This document shows positions 36,933-46,812 of a stretch of DNA of 64,000 bases, piece after piece (the first letter of the stretch is position 1; every line of letters begins with the position of its first letter). The position numbers and the translations under genes are program-made. The DNA is taken from positions 8,097 through 72,096 of the IMG/VR virus record IMGVR_UViG_3300031753_000004. One strand, 5' to 3'. The stretch comes from a virus. Under the pieces are notes generated by a model. That model ran no database searches, had not been told where the DNA came from, and saw nothing but the letters and a program-made list of their open reading frames with translations.

Positions 36933-37334
36933 TTAGTCCTTGTCTTTGACGCGAGCCATTGCCCACGGTGCCGACGTGTCTTGCTCCCAGTGGTCGTCTC
37001 TCCGCCAGTAGAAGCGACTACTCTTGCTGTAGTAAGCGGCCACCACGCCACGGGTAGGGCTGTACTGGTAGTATAGGTCTTCGCCCATGTGCCGCCAGGT
37101 GAAATCGTTGGTCGGCAAAAGGTAGCGGGGCTGCTCGCCACCATACCCAAAACGAAGCGCTCCAGGTCCAAGCGGAGCCAAGCGAACACCGTTTCTCTGG
37201 TCTTGTTCGGCGTAGGTCCATCCTCCACCCGCGTAGGGAGATTGCGAAGCCTCCGGGCAGCACGGCCTTGGCTGCTGAGCAGGGGAGATGCTAAGACACA
37301 GGGTCGTCAAAACTATCCCAATGGCCGCTCTCAT
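36933..37334 (-). CDS. Secreted hypothetical protein
   Basis: Signal peptide MRAAIGIVLTTLCLSISPA; GGAGG RBS. Confidence 0.5.
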   Translation of the reverse strand: MRAAIGIVLTTLCLSISPAQQPRPCCPEASQSPYAGGGWTYAEQDQRNGVRLAPLGPGALRFGYGGEQPRYLLPTNDFTWRHMGEDLYYQYSPTRGVVAAYYSKSSRFYWRRDDHWEQDTSAPWAMARVKDKD

Positions 37335-37350
37335 TTGTGTGACCTCCGCT

Positions 37351-37569
37351 TCATGGTCCCCTGAATCCTCTCTTGGCTGCCTCGGCCACGGTCTCAGGCT
37401 TCTTAGGAGTGCAAACCACCTGCCACCTGTATCCCTCGCCCTTCGCTAGCACACTGACGGAGACGCTATCGGCCAGGTCTCCCAGCGCATGCTGAACGTG
37501 CTGGGCTACATCAGCCGCCCTGCCATCAGCGCCAGATTCTACGATGATCGTTGCCTCGATGATTTTCAT
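37351..37569 (-). CDS. Hypothetical protein
   Basis: 72-aa ORF directly after portal. Confidence 0.4.
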   Translation of the reverse strand: MKIIEATIIVESGADGRAADVAQHVQHALGDLADSVSVSVLAKGEGYRWQVVCTPKKPETVAEAAKRGFRGP

Positions 37570-37574
37570 AGGAA

Positions 37575-39554
37575 CTACTCCAGCTTAGGTTTCGCTCCCG
37601 GCTTAGGTGGCGGCTGACCAGGCTTTGGCATTCCCCCGCCTGGCGGCGCTATGATCGGCGGTGCCGGCGGAGGCTTAGGCGTTGCCGGATGCCCTAGCTC
37701 TCCAGGCGGAGGCATGGTCATGGTATCCTCGGCGTCCTTGGCCGCATCGGTGATGGCATCCGCCTCTTCCTCATCGTAACCTGCTTCTCTGGTCCACATG
37801 TCCTTAACGGGCAGTACAGATTCCGCATTTGTGGAGACGTAAGCGCCGATCGCCTGCATGCGCTGGAGGAATATACCAGCCCGGTCCTTGTCGCTCAAGC
37901 TATCGAGGTCGGGCCATTCGATCGAATACCCCTCGGGCTCCGGCAGCACGCCCATGCTGATGAGCCGGTCCACGAACGGCACAATGATGCGCGGCGTAAT
38001 GTACCCACGCTGCCGCTCGCGCAGGCGGTCGTTCCAGCTACTGTCGTCCTGGGACGATGCCAACTCCCCGCGTTCGCTTCCCTTAAACACCCGAATGGGT
38101 ATGCCCAACTGAATGCAAATGGCCTCAATCTGAATGTTGATATGCGGTGTCGGGTCGGGGACCGTCGGGGCAATCGTCTTGGCCGACATGCCCGAGAGAA
38201 CCAGAAACCGCTGGAGGCCGTTCTGGTAATTCTCGATCATGTCCTGGAGGTTTTGCTTGGGGATATTGACATCCCCGCCAAGCTCAGGGTGAGTCTCCAG
38301 GCTTATGCCCGTGACGCAGGCTTTCCAGTATCCCTCAGCGGCACCACCACGGATCTTGCGTATGTCTAGTAGCGCGTTGAGCACTGGGCGCATTCGCGGA
38401 ACGCCAAAGATCTCACTTGACCCGAGATTATCTGCGAGATGGATAACCCTCGACCAGTGAACGCGCACCGTAGCCAGAGGTAGTCCGATGCCACTGTGCT
38501 GCTCACGAGGGTCATTGAGAGTAATGCGGTAAATAACCGGCATACCGAAGCGGGGATTGCGTGCATTGGCTTCATACTGCACCACCTGGACCAAGGATTC
38601 ATCGAATGCACGCAGGTAGATGAGTTTCCGCTCTTGACCGGCCGGCTTCTCGCTTGGATACTCCGAAGGCCCGAACTGGACTCCGGTGTACTGCGCGTCG
38701 GTCCCCTGCATGCCAAGCTGATCGGAGAAGTCGCTGCCGAGGTCTGCGGCCGAGGTCTTGAAGAGGTTGACCGTCGGCTCCACGTCGGCAACCGCCGTGC
38801 CCTGGTCGTCGTCTTCCTTGGGCTTCCGGCGTCTTGGCCGGTTGGGATTGGTGAGTCCGTTTACGGCGAGCCACGCCTCGTCCGGGTTCATGTCAACGAA
38901 CAGCTCGCCCTTGCGATTGGTGGTTATCTCCGGGCTGGGGATGGAGCGGCAGAGGTGCTTGATGTGAGAGTCTACGTTGGCGTTGCCCGTAAGTCTCGGA
39001 GATAGAGCAGAAACACCGTCTGCCGGTTGATCGAAGGCAAGACCATCGTCGATACCGATAAGTAGAACACCATAATGCCCAAGTCCAGAAAGAATGTCAG
39101 CCCGTCGAAGATGCTCCCAGACCGGCGAGCCCTCTTCATCCTGATACCACGACTGCGCCCCTCGGAGTGTCTTGCTGAGTCCATCCCACCCCTCCTCGAA
39201 TGGAGTTATCTTTTCTGGATCTTCATCCTCATACACCAGCGGCGTAACCTGCCAACTCTCTTTGGGCAGGCATTGCACCACGCGGCAGGCGATTGGCTCG
39301 CGGTCGTATAGTCTGCGGTAGTAGTCCGGGTCGATGAGCGTGGTGCCTATCCCCGTCTCCATATCGGGGTAGCCGCACTCATCGTCTATGTTCCGGCGCG
39401 GATCGAAGAAGCGGCGGAACACCTCCCGGTTGAGGAGCGTGATTTGCTCGGATTGGTTGGCGACGATATTGGCCGTGAGCGGGTCCATGAGGCCCGCGTA
39501 TAGGCCGTGTCCGTTGTGGCCGTTGGTGGATAGTCTAGTTCGGCTTACCATCAC
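37575..39554 (-). CDS. Portal protein (DUF1073-like)
   Basis: LYDREPIACRVV, NPRFGMPVIY, VHWSRVIH, GIPIRVFKG, IEWPDL; Pro-rich C-terminus; between TerL and gpF. Confidence 0.85.
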   Translation of the reverse strand: MMVSRTRLSTNGHNGHGLYAGLMDPLTANIVANQSEQITLLNREVFRRFFDPRRNIDDECGYPDMETGIGTTLIDPDYYRRLYDREPIACRVVQCLPKESWQVTPLVYEDEDPEKITPFEEGWDGLSKTLRGAQSWYQDEEGSPVWEHLRRADILSGLGHYGVLLIGIDDGLAFDQPADGVSALSPRLTGNANVDSHIKHLCRSIPSPEITTNRKGELFVDMNPDEAWLAVNGLTNPNRPRRRKPKEDDDQGTAVADVEPTVNLFKTSAADLGSDFSDQLGMQGTDAQYTGVQFGPSEYPSEKPAGQERKLIYLRAFDESLVQVVQYEANARNPRFGMPVIYRITLNDPREQHSGIGLPLATVRVHWSRVIHLADNLGSSEIFGVPRMRPVLNALLDIRKIRGGAAEGYWKACVTGISLETHPELGGDVNIPKQNLQDMIENYQNGLQRFLVLSGMSAKTIAPTVPDPTPHINIQIEAICIQLGIPIRVFKGSERGELASSQDDSSWNDRLRERQRGYITPRIIVPFVDRLISMGVLPEPEGYSIEWPDLDSLSDKDRAGIFLQRMQAIGAYVSTNAESVLPVKDMWTREAGYDEEEADAITDAAKDAEDTMTMPPPGELGHPATPKPPPAPPIIAPPGGGMPKPGQPPPKPGAKPKLE

Positions 39555-39581
39555 CTCTTTCGCTTCCTAGATCCCCTCTTG

Positions 39582-42514
39582 CTACTTTTTCTCCACCCAC
39601 CGTTCCAGCTCGCATGTGATCCGCATTATCTCAACCGCTATGGACTCTGGGCACTCTTCCCTCGAAATTCTCTCGATAAGCACTTGTAGGCAAGCAGCAG
39701 CGCCAGTATAGAAAGGCCCCTCCGATACCTTACGAATCAGCGGTCTGATCAAGAAGTTAAACCGGCCGACTGTCTGATCTAACTTCTCTGTCAGCGCCGT
39801 ATTATGCGGATCGTTCTTCATGCGCTCCAGTACATCCACTGCCATCGCCAATCTCCTTAATCTTCGCCTCGCACTCCGCCACATCGTCGTCCAGGAACTT
39901 CAGCCTCTCCCGTAGTGCCGTTGGGTCAACATCCGCAGGCACGGACGGCCCGAACGGTTGCCCATTGTCGTCCACCGGCTGCACCCTATGCTGAAGCGGC
40001 GCGCCACGGCCGTACTGGTTCTCATCGATCCACTTCACCATATTCAATATCCGCTCCGCCTCGGCTCTCACCGTGATTTTCCGCAGCCGCCAGTACCACG
40101 TAGTGATGCGCCTCAACTCCGCCTCGTCGGTCGGTGGCGGCCACTCAGGGCCTTCATACCTACGGTCGCTGTAGGTCCAGCCATCGGGGAACAAGAGCCG
40201 GCCCTCGAATGGAACCGGGTCGCCGTGCTCCTCGCAGAACTTGAGGAAGTAAGCGCGCCAGTCCAGGTTGATGGTCAGGATGGGCAACACTGGTTTGTCG
40301 GGACGGATATCAGGCATCTTCTTTCGGCTGTATCTCGAACTGGTGCGAAACTTCATACACCGTCTTGCGCAACCTCAGCACTTCCAAAATTCTTACCCCC
40401 CACCGCTTGGGCAGTATCCAGCTACGCACATACTTAACCCGACCCGGCTCAATAGGCTTGTTGATATAGTCCAAGACGCGCTTGTCCTCAATCTCATTGA
40501 GCCTCTTAACAAATCGTTCTTCTAGACTCATTTCTTGGAACTCCGGTGTTTCCGCCTCCCAAAGTACATGGCCAGAACATTTGCGGGGCCGACAATATCT
40601 CCAGAGGTCATGTGCTGGATGGTCGGCGTACTGTCATAGTTATCCGCATTAAAGGTGACTATGCCATCAGCTATTGCCGTCTCAATGATGTTACGAACCA
40701 TCTGCTCTATCGACACGTCGCCGGCCTCTAGCTCTTTCGCGTAGCGTGCCTGCCTTTCTTGGTACTCAGCGTATTCTCGCACCTCACGCGCCTCATCGGA
40801 CTCCATCATAGATCCCCTTTCGCATTTCCAATTGCTCGTATAGTCCTCCGCCTCCAGCATCGGGTCGCACAACCGTCCGTGGTGGTCGATCATGTTTCTC
40901 TCACTGGCCACATCCCTCGTCTTGGACGCTGTGAAAGTTGCCATCGCTTTCCTTCTTGTAGCGCCCTTTCATCCACATGCCATCGATCACCTTTTCGATA
41001 ATCCAGACATCCCCCTCGTTCAAGGTTCTGACGGTATCCTCACCGACTTCTGCCCCATCCAAGGGACCACCAACGTATTCAGCCATAACCGTCTCTCACA
41101 GAAGCGGCGGGCGGTCACGCCAGGATTCTGGCTTATGATCTGCCGCGTCCGGCGTGAACGTAGGCAGGTCAACTACGAAGCTACTTCCGCAGTTCGGCAC
41201 TGGCTCCAGCAGGTTGTAGTGGTACAGCCCACCACCGATATCCACCATCTCGCACCTGCACAGAACCCTGGTCTTGTCTTCCCGCTCAACCCAGATGTTT
41301 CCTTTGACTTTCTTAGGCTGATCTGGACGATCAAGACTAGGAAAACCAGTGGGCCAATCACAACAGACAACCGCTTCGCCTGGATCGGTCATCTCCTGCT
41401 CTGCTAGTGGCACCCGCTTAACGACTGAGCCTACAATGCCCGACGGCCAGGACCTCTTGGACAGACAGGCACCACAGGTAACATGGCTAGGTATCGTGGT
41501 GGTTGCCTGGTTCGCTAAATCGGCCCCACACAGCGCTATGAAAGGTCGCTCGGCGTAGTGGACTAGCTCATCAGGTTCTGACTCGTCGCACACCTCCATC
41601 TTGCCGATGACAGACTCCCAAGCTTCATCGAATGATGGCGGAAGATCGGGGAGCCCCACGCTGATGAACGGTCCTGCGATAATCGCTTCGCCTGGATCGG
41701 TCATCTCTTGGCGCTCCAGAAGCCTCTTAGCTCCCGCGTCTATATCAAAGCAATGGAACTTAACCATCGCTAGAGAGAACGTCTTGTCGGTTGACAGCAT
41801 CACCACAGCGAACGTCCCGGTTGCTTCCTCTCTAGTCAACTCAAGCCTGAAGAAACCATTCTGGTCTCCTACTGGCTTGTTGCGAGCTGGAGCCCACCGA
41901 TCTTTGCCGCGAATGATCCAGGCCAGCGCCTCTCCCAAATACGGCTCCCTCTTCCAGCCTGTTTCTGGACTAATCTTGAAAAACTCACAGTACACCGATT
42001 GCCCGACTGCACCTTGCTTAAGATGGATCATCTCCCTACCTCCTGCTCACCTCGAACGGACACAGATTCCTCTCCACTTCGTCAATCTTCTCATACGTCT
42101 CAGCGCGCCAGGCATCGACCGTAGGATAATCCGGTGGATAGTCGTGGGTGATCGCCCCGCACAGGACGCATTTGAACGTCCGATGCACTTCGTTGGGCTT
42201 CCGATACCAGATGTGGTCCTTGCGGTCGGGGCGCTTTGTTCTGGGAGTCTGGTAGCCCATGTTGCCTCCGGCGATGAGGACGATTTGAGCGTTGTCGGGC
42301 ATGGTTAGATCCCCTACCTGATAGGCACAGTTTCTCCAGCAACTATGTGAAAGCACTCGTCCCAATAGCCGCTAGAGTCTATGTCCATGCTGTTGCGTTT
42401 AGCCAGATCCTTGACGCCCGCTCGCGCCTCCTCCAGGGTATCGAACTGCTCAAAGCCGTTTGAATGATCGCCATCGCTGCATGAACCAAAGTCATGGTAG
42501 AGGAAATACTTCAT
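39582..42514 (-). other. Cluster of ~8 small overlapping accessory ORFs between TerL and portal (39582..39884, 39802..~40317, 40310..40531, 40528..40944, 40901..41086, 41096..42031, 42036..~42302, 42314..~42514)
   Basis: Abutting minus-strand ORFs with start/stop overlaps; no recognisable family. Confidence 0.5.
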
Positions 42515-44094
42515 ATGGCCGCTCCAGCATAAGACACGATGGGCTTGTGGTTCATGGCGAAGCAAGCCAAAACCAAACTGTCAGCTTCGTCAGGCGATGC
42601 GCCAATCAACTCCACCAGCGTCTTCTGCTTCGTCTCCTCCTGACCTGGCTTCCTGTGCTTCGGAGGCAGCATGATCCGCCCATTCTCGTCGTACTGCTTC
42701 AGGATCTTCGATAGCTGATGCCGGAGCCGCTTGTAGACTTCCCCTCGATGCGGCCCGGGGATCGCAAAGCCGTGGCCATGCGTCGGGTCCAAGAGAAGCG
42801 ATAGTTCATGAAACATCTGCGCCCTGCGGTTCACGTAGGCGTAGCGCTCCTCACGCACCTCACGCTTTTCCGGAAACAGCGTCTTGGCTCGTTTCACTTC
42901 CACGCTGATGGCTTCCCCGAAGGCCACCGTACGGACATTGTAGCCATGAAGCCGCATAGTGTCGGCGTGCTGCTTGCCGCCGCCCCCGCGATCTATCGCC
43001 ACGTCCTCCGGCTTCACTCGGTGGCTCTGGATGAACGCTTTGAGAAACTTGACGACATCGGTAGTATCCGGAGTCAGATGGCTCTCCAGTTCGATTATGC
43101 CCCGACCGTCTACGGCGCATTGCGATGAGTTGGCGCCACCCTCGCCGGGATCGACGCCTATGGCTTTGGCCACGCGCTTGGTGCGGTCCCGCAGTAGTTG
43201 CTCGTATAACTCATGCGCGCGGTCTAGCCACGCCGGGGGGAACAGATACAACTCCGGCCCCGTGTAGAACTGGGCATTGAGCGAGACGCACTTTTGCTTT
43301 TCGTCGTAGAGGACTAGGTCGCGTTGCAACGTGTGCCATGTTTTTATTCCTGGGATGATAACTTCCCCGGTGGGCTCCAGGCCGGCGGCTATCTGCGCGC
43401 GGGCGTACTTGACGTTTGGGGAGTCCTCGGCGGTGACGCGCAGCATCTTGCGAAAGTACTTGCCGCCTCGCTCGTCCTTGACATCACCGCCATCTATCCC
43501 TCGCCGGAAAAACGATTCGCACTGCCACGCATTGCCGAAGATAAGCAGCCTCTTGGCCCAAGGCACCACGATGGGATAATATCGATCCGGGATACTCGAC
43601 GCCTCGTCCGCTACCCACAGCGTTCGTGGCACTCCATCGTTAGCCTCCTCTAGCGTGGGTGGCGCCGCGTGGTGGCCTCCCATCGAGGCTACCGTATCTT
43701 CAGAGGCCACCAGGCCGATGATGTAACTGGTCGAGCAGAGCTTGCCCTTGTAAACCTTGCGGATGTCTTGGTGATTCAACACCAACATGCCGCCTTGATC
43801 GACGGCCAGAGGGATTGTGCTTATCCGGATGAATTTGCTGATCTCTCCCCAGAGAACGCGCAGGTGAGCCTCTTTCGCCGACGTGGTCACTATGCGGCAT
43901 GGCCAGCGCGTCAGGAAATACCAGAGAACAATAAACCCCGCCACGAAGTCCTTCCCCGCTTCGTTGGACGCGACCACATACGTCTCTACGTTGTCCTCGA
44001 CCGAGTAGACGATGTCTTCCTGGTACGGCGCGAAGACTACGTCTGGCCAGAGGTAGTTCTTCAGCTCCAGGGGATCGTCGGGGAGGCTAAGCAT
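42511..44094 (-). CDS. terL: Terminase large subunit
   Basis: Walker A-like ASNEAGKDF, Walker B LWVADEAS, RNaseH-like IGVDPGEGG, YVNRRAQMF, SPDEADS. Confidence 0.88.
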   Translation of the reverse strand: MLSLPDDPLELKNYLWPDVVFAPYQEDIVYSVEDNVETYVVASNEAGKDFVAGFIVLWYFLTRWPCRIVTTSAKEAHLRVLWGEISKFIRISTIPLAVDQGGMLVLNHQDIRKVYKGKLCSTSYIIGLVASEDTVASMGGHHAAPPTLEEANDGVPRTLWVADEASSIPDRYYPIVVPWAKRLLIFGNAWQCESFFRRGIDGGDVKDERGGKYFRKMLRVTAEDSPNVKYARAQIAAGLEPTGEVIIPGIKTWHTLQRDLVLYDEKQKCVSLNAQFYTGPELYLFPPAWLDRAHELYEQLLRDRTKRVAKAIGVDPGEGGANSSQCAVDGRGIIELESHLTPDTTDVVKFLKAFIQSHRVKPEDVAIDRGGGGKQHADTMRLHGYNVRTVAFGEAISVEVKRAKTLFPEKREVREERYAYVNRRAQMFHELSLLLDPTHGHGFAIPGPHRGEVYKRLRHQLSKILKQYDENGRIMLPPKHRKPGQEETKQKTLVELIGASPDEADSLVLACFAMNHKPIVSYAGAAI

Positions 44095-44350
44095 GTGTCG
44101 GAACTACAACGAATATGTCAACGTCCCCGATCTTCATCTTGTCATTGACCGAAGCAACCTTTGTCATCTGGTCGTATTTAACAACCCTTCTGACTTGCTG
44201 CTTTCCGTCGATGGTGCAAATAAACCTCACGCCCACGTAGAAGTCATCTAGACTGGCCCTTGGCTGGTGCGTCAACCCCGCATACGACGCCAGCGGAGCC
44301 GCACAGAGCAGCGCTAGGGGCCGTCGGAGGAAGTTTCGTCTGTTGAGCAT
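44087..44350 (-). CDS. Small protein with twin-arginine (Tat) signal
   Basis: MLNRRNFLRRPLALLCAAPLA. Confidence 0.55.
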   Translation of the reverse strand: MLNRRNFLRRPLALLCAAPLASYAGLTHQPRASLDDFYVGVRFICTIDGKQQVRRVVKYDQMTKVASVNDKMKIGDVDIFVVVPTHA

Positions 44351-44472
44351 TCTTCGTGCTCCTTCTCCAGGTATGCTTCATAATTCTCTTGGCATTCGTG
44401 GCAGTCCAACCAGTCATGCTCCCAATTGCCCCACCTTGAGCAAGCCCAACTCGGTACTTGGTTGTCAGGCAT

Positions 44473-44784
44473 TCACGCTCCTTGTTTCACTTGCGGCAGC
44501 AGGCTCTCAAGCTGGGAGATATTGACCAGCAGATCCGGAATCAACTCTTTGGCGATGCCCAGCTTCTCCACAGTACTCGGCATGAGATAGCTGATCGCGC
44601 GACCACCACTCTTCAAGGCCCAACCACGCTTGCGGCCGGCGTCAGTGATGATCTGCTTCACGTCTCTCGCTATCTGCACAGTCTGTTGAAACAGCCTCTC
44701 CACCTGCTCCTCAATCGTCGGCTGAGGCTCGGCCGGCTTCGGCTCCTCAACCACCGTCGCCGCCGACTTCTCTTGCTCATTCAT
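44473..44784 (-). CDS. Hypothetical protein
   Basis: 103-aa ORF with GGGAG RBS. Confidence 0.45.
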   Translation of the reverse strand: MNEQEKSAATVVEEPKPAEPQPTIEEQVERLFQQTVQIARDVKQIITDAGRKRGWALKSGGRAISYLMPSTVEKLGIAKELIPDLLVNISQLESLLPQVKQGA

Positions 44785-44865
44785 CGTGTTCTCCCGTCGT
44801 TATAAACCGAGCGGGTACTCCGCAAGCTCTCGGCCCTGCATTTCCCCGCTCGGGACACCAAGAAA

Positions 44866-44988
44866 AAGCGGCTGGCCGGGCTTGAGTACCGGCTCCTTAC
44901 GTATTCATCCTACGTGGTGGTAACTCCCACACTATTCTCGGGGAGGTAAGGTCAACCAGTAGCGTGTCCTTCCACGCCGCAGCCGCTT
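44866..44988 (-). ncRNA. tRNA-like structured RNA with expanded central region
   Basis: Terminal stem AAGCGGCTG/CAGCCGCTT, D-like arm GCGT-GGAAGGAC-ACGC, T-like arm GCCGG-TACTCAAGC-CCGGC, internal CCTTAC/GTAAGG helix; intergenic. Confidence 0.55.
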
Positions 44989-44991
44989 ATT

Positions 44992-45261
44992 TCATTCCCC
45001 CACCACCAGCAGATTCACCGTATCCGTCACCAGCCCCGCCGAGGTTATGGTTATCACCGTCCCAACGAAAGTAGCTACCACCGCCGTCCTCTGATCGCAG
45101 CCGATGAACGCCACCGCTTGCAGTTTGTGAAACGCGAACGGCCCTACCACGCTCACGTCTATGCTGTCTCCGCTGTTGACACCGACCAGGCGTAGGAGCA
45201 TGGTCCTCTGCGCCCCGGCACCGTCCAGGTACAGGCTGCTAGCTGTGGTTATCGCTGCCAC
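44992..45261 (-). CDS. Small beta-rich protein, possibly virion decoration
   Basis: 89 aa, Thr/Val-rich. Confidence 0.4.
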   Translation of the reverse strand: MAAITTASSLYLDGAGAQRTMLLRLVGVNSGDSIDVSVVGPFAFHKLQAVAFIGCDQRTAVVATFVGTVITITSAGLVTDTVNLLVVGE

Positions 45262-45262
45262 G

Positions 45263-45622
45263 TCATCTCCTGACCATCTCTAGGTCTTTTAGTGGTGGGT
45301 AGTTCTCCGGGTGCTCCTCGTCGTAGTCTTCAGGCTCTGGGTCGCGAACCTCTTCAGGTACTTTCAGTAATTCCTCAAGCGACCACTTGCAGACCGCAAG
45401 CTGCGCCTCGCTGAATCTGCCCCCGTAATCCAGAGCCCAGCTCTCTTCATCAAGGCACGCGCGTACGCATTCGTCTTCCCAGTTCTCATCTTCCCAGACA
45501 GCGTGGCTAGGGCCGTAGTGCAGTACGCTTTCGTCACCGCCTAGCTTTTCGACAGCAGCGTCGTAGATGTCCGCAACCGGCTTCGACCAACCCCAGTGAC
45601 AGTACCAGCAGATCCCCATCAC
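45263..45622 (-). CDS. Acidic hypothetical phage protein
   Basis: MGICWYCHWGW, LHYGPSHAVWEDEN. Confidence 0.5.
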   Translation of the reverse strand: MMGICWYCHWGWSKPVADIYDAAVEKLGGDESVLHYGPSHAVWEDENWEDECVRACLDEESWALDYGGRFSEAQLAVCKWSLEELLKVPEEVRDPEPEDYDEEHPENYPPLKDLEMVRR

Positions 45623-46224
45623 ATCTCCGCATTCTCTTCTGGCTTCGGCAACTGCTTCCCCACCGACTCTATCTTAGCGTCTATCGGGTGCGGCTCGCCA
45701 CGCTTACGACCCTTCCGCGCGGCTAGCTCGTCGAAGAGCTTCAGGAGGTCGGCGTTCATGTTCAGATTCTTCACCGGAGCATTCAAGCCCAAGATCTCGC
45801 AGCGCTTGTCGATGCACCACTGGACGCCAGCAAGGAATGCAGGGTTGCCGTCGCGCTGCTCGCGCTTCAGGCTGACCCGAGTATGCTTGTCGGTCTTGCC
45901 GCTCTCCGTCGTTTCCTTCGGCTGCTTGCTCTCAACCCAGGCCTCCCAGTACGTGCGCTCAAGGGCATCGACCTTGGCCAGTTCGCGGGCTTTGTGTTCA
46001 TCGATTTTACAGACAGTCGAGGCAACCCACTGCTTACGAGCCCACGCAAGATCCCGGCTAACTTGGGACTGGTCAACCTCGAAGGCGCGAGCGATTTCCC
46101 ATTGTGTCTGACCACGCAGGTATCTCTCCGCCACATTCTTGCGGCGCTCAAGAACCACCATTCTCTCTTGTGGCGTAGGGGGCGGCATTATGCACCACAA
46201 AATATGCAGTGGCTCACTTGGCAA
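45619..46224 (-). CDS. Terminase small subunit (putative, N-terminal HTH)
   Basis: ERRKNVAERYLRGQTQWEIA...QVSRDL, CIDKRCEILGLNAP; upstream of TerL; start may be a downstream ATG. Confidence 0.65.
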   Translation of the reverse strand: MPSEPLHILWCIMPPPTPQERMVVLERRKNVAERYLRGQTQWEIARAFEVDQSQVSRDLAWARKQWVASTVCKIDEHKARELAKVDALERTYWEAWVESKQPKETTESGKTDKHTRVSLKREQRDGNPAFLAGVQWCIDKRCEILGLNAPVKNLNMNADLLKLFDELAARKGRKRGEPHPIDAKIESVGKQLPKPEENAEM

Positions 46225-46263
46225 GCCTCGGCTCTAGGTGTTTCCACCTGTTACAATACCCTC

Positions 46264-46425
46264 ATGCCTATTTGCCAGCCGGTTCCCCTGGAAGTCTTCT
46301 TTGAAACGCCAGTCGCGTGCGTCAACTGCGCCTGGTGCGGGCTCATCAAGGATGCCGAGTTCCGGCTCGAGCAAGAGGTCCGCTGCCCCAAGTGCGGCAA
46401 CCCAGTGGAGCCAATGGCCGGCTGA
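46264..46425 (+). CDS. Small zinc-ribbon protein on the opposite strand, possibly leaderless
   Basis: MPICQPVP...CVNC...CPKC; extended -10 TGTTACAAT ends 7 nt before the ATG. Confidence 0.5.
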   Translation: MPICQPVPLEVFFETPVACVNCAWCGLIKDAEFRLEQEVRCPKCGNPVEPMAG

Positions 46426-46458
46426 GGCTACTATGGCGCATCATACCCCATCTACCTC

Positions 46459-46809
46459 TCAGGTTTCCTTGATTTCGATTCCGTGGCAGGCGAGCATCAA
46501 TGCTTTCTTGATTTTATACTCGCGCGTGCGGAAGCCCTTGCAGTCCTCGACTACGTCTTGCCGGCTCCAACCATCCGGCGCTTTCTCGTCATAGGTGAAG
46601 TCCGCAACGTAACGGCAAATGCGGATACCTTTAACCCATAAATCAAACGGAATCTGTCGATGCAGGTTGCGGATCTCGCCGGCCTTTTCGAGAAGCCTAA
46701 GCTCTCCGTATCTCCGAGCCTCTTTCGTGCTCTGGAATCGTATGCCGTCAACGACGGTGGAACGGTTGCCGTACTTCTGGCGTCTTGGCAGCCTCAGCTT
46801 ACTTGGCAT
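46459..46809 (-). CDS. DUF1064 family nuclease (resolvase-like)
   Basis: KYGNRSTVVDGIRFQSTKEARRY, YVADFTY, VVEDCKG, YKIKKALM. Confidence 0.85.
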   Translation of the reverse strand: MPSKLRLPRRQKYGNRSTVVDGIRFQSTKEARRYGELRLLEKAGEIRNLHRQIPFDLWVKGIRICRYVADFTYDEKAPDGWSRQDVVEDCKGFRTREYKIKKALMLACHGIEIKET

Positions 46810-46812
46810 CGG

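Noticed and set aside
44866-44988. tRNA-Sec that would serve the UGA codons
   Set aside because: No UCA anticodon loop and no long Sec-type D stem.
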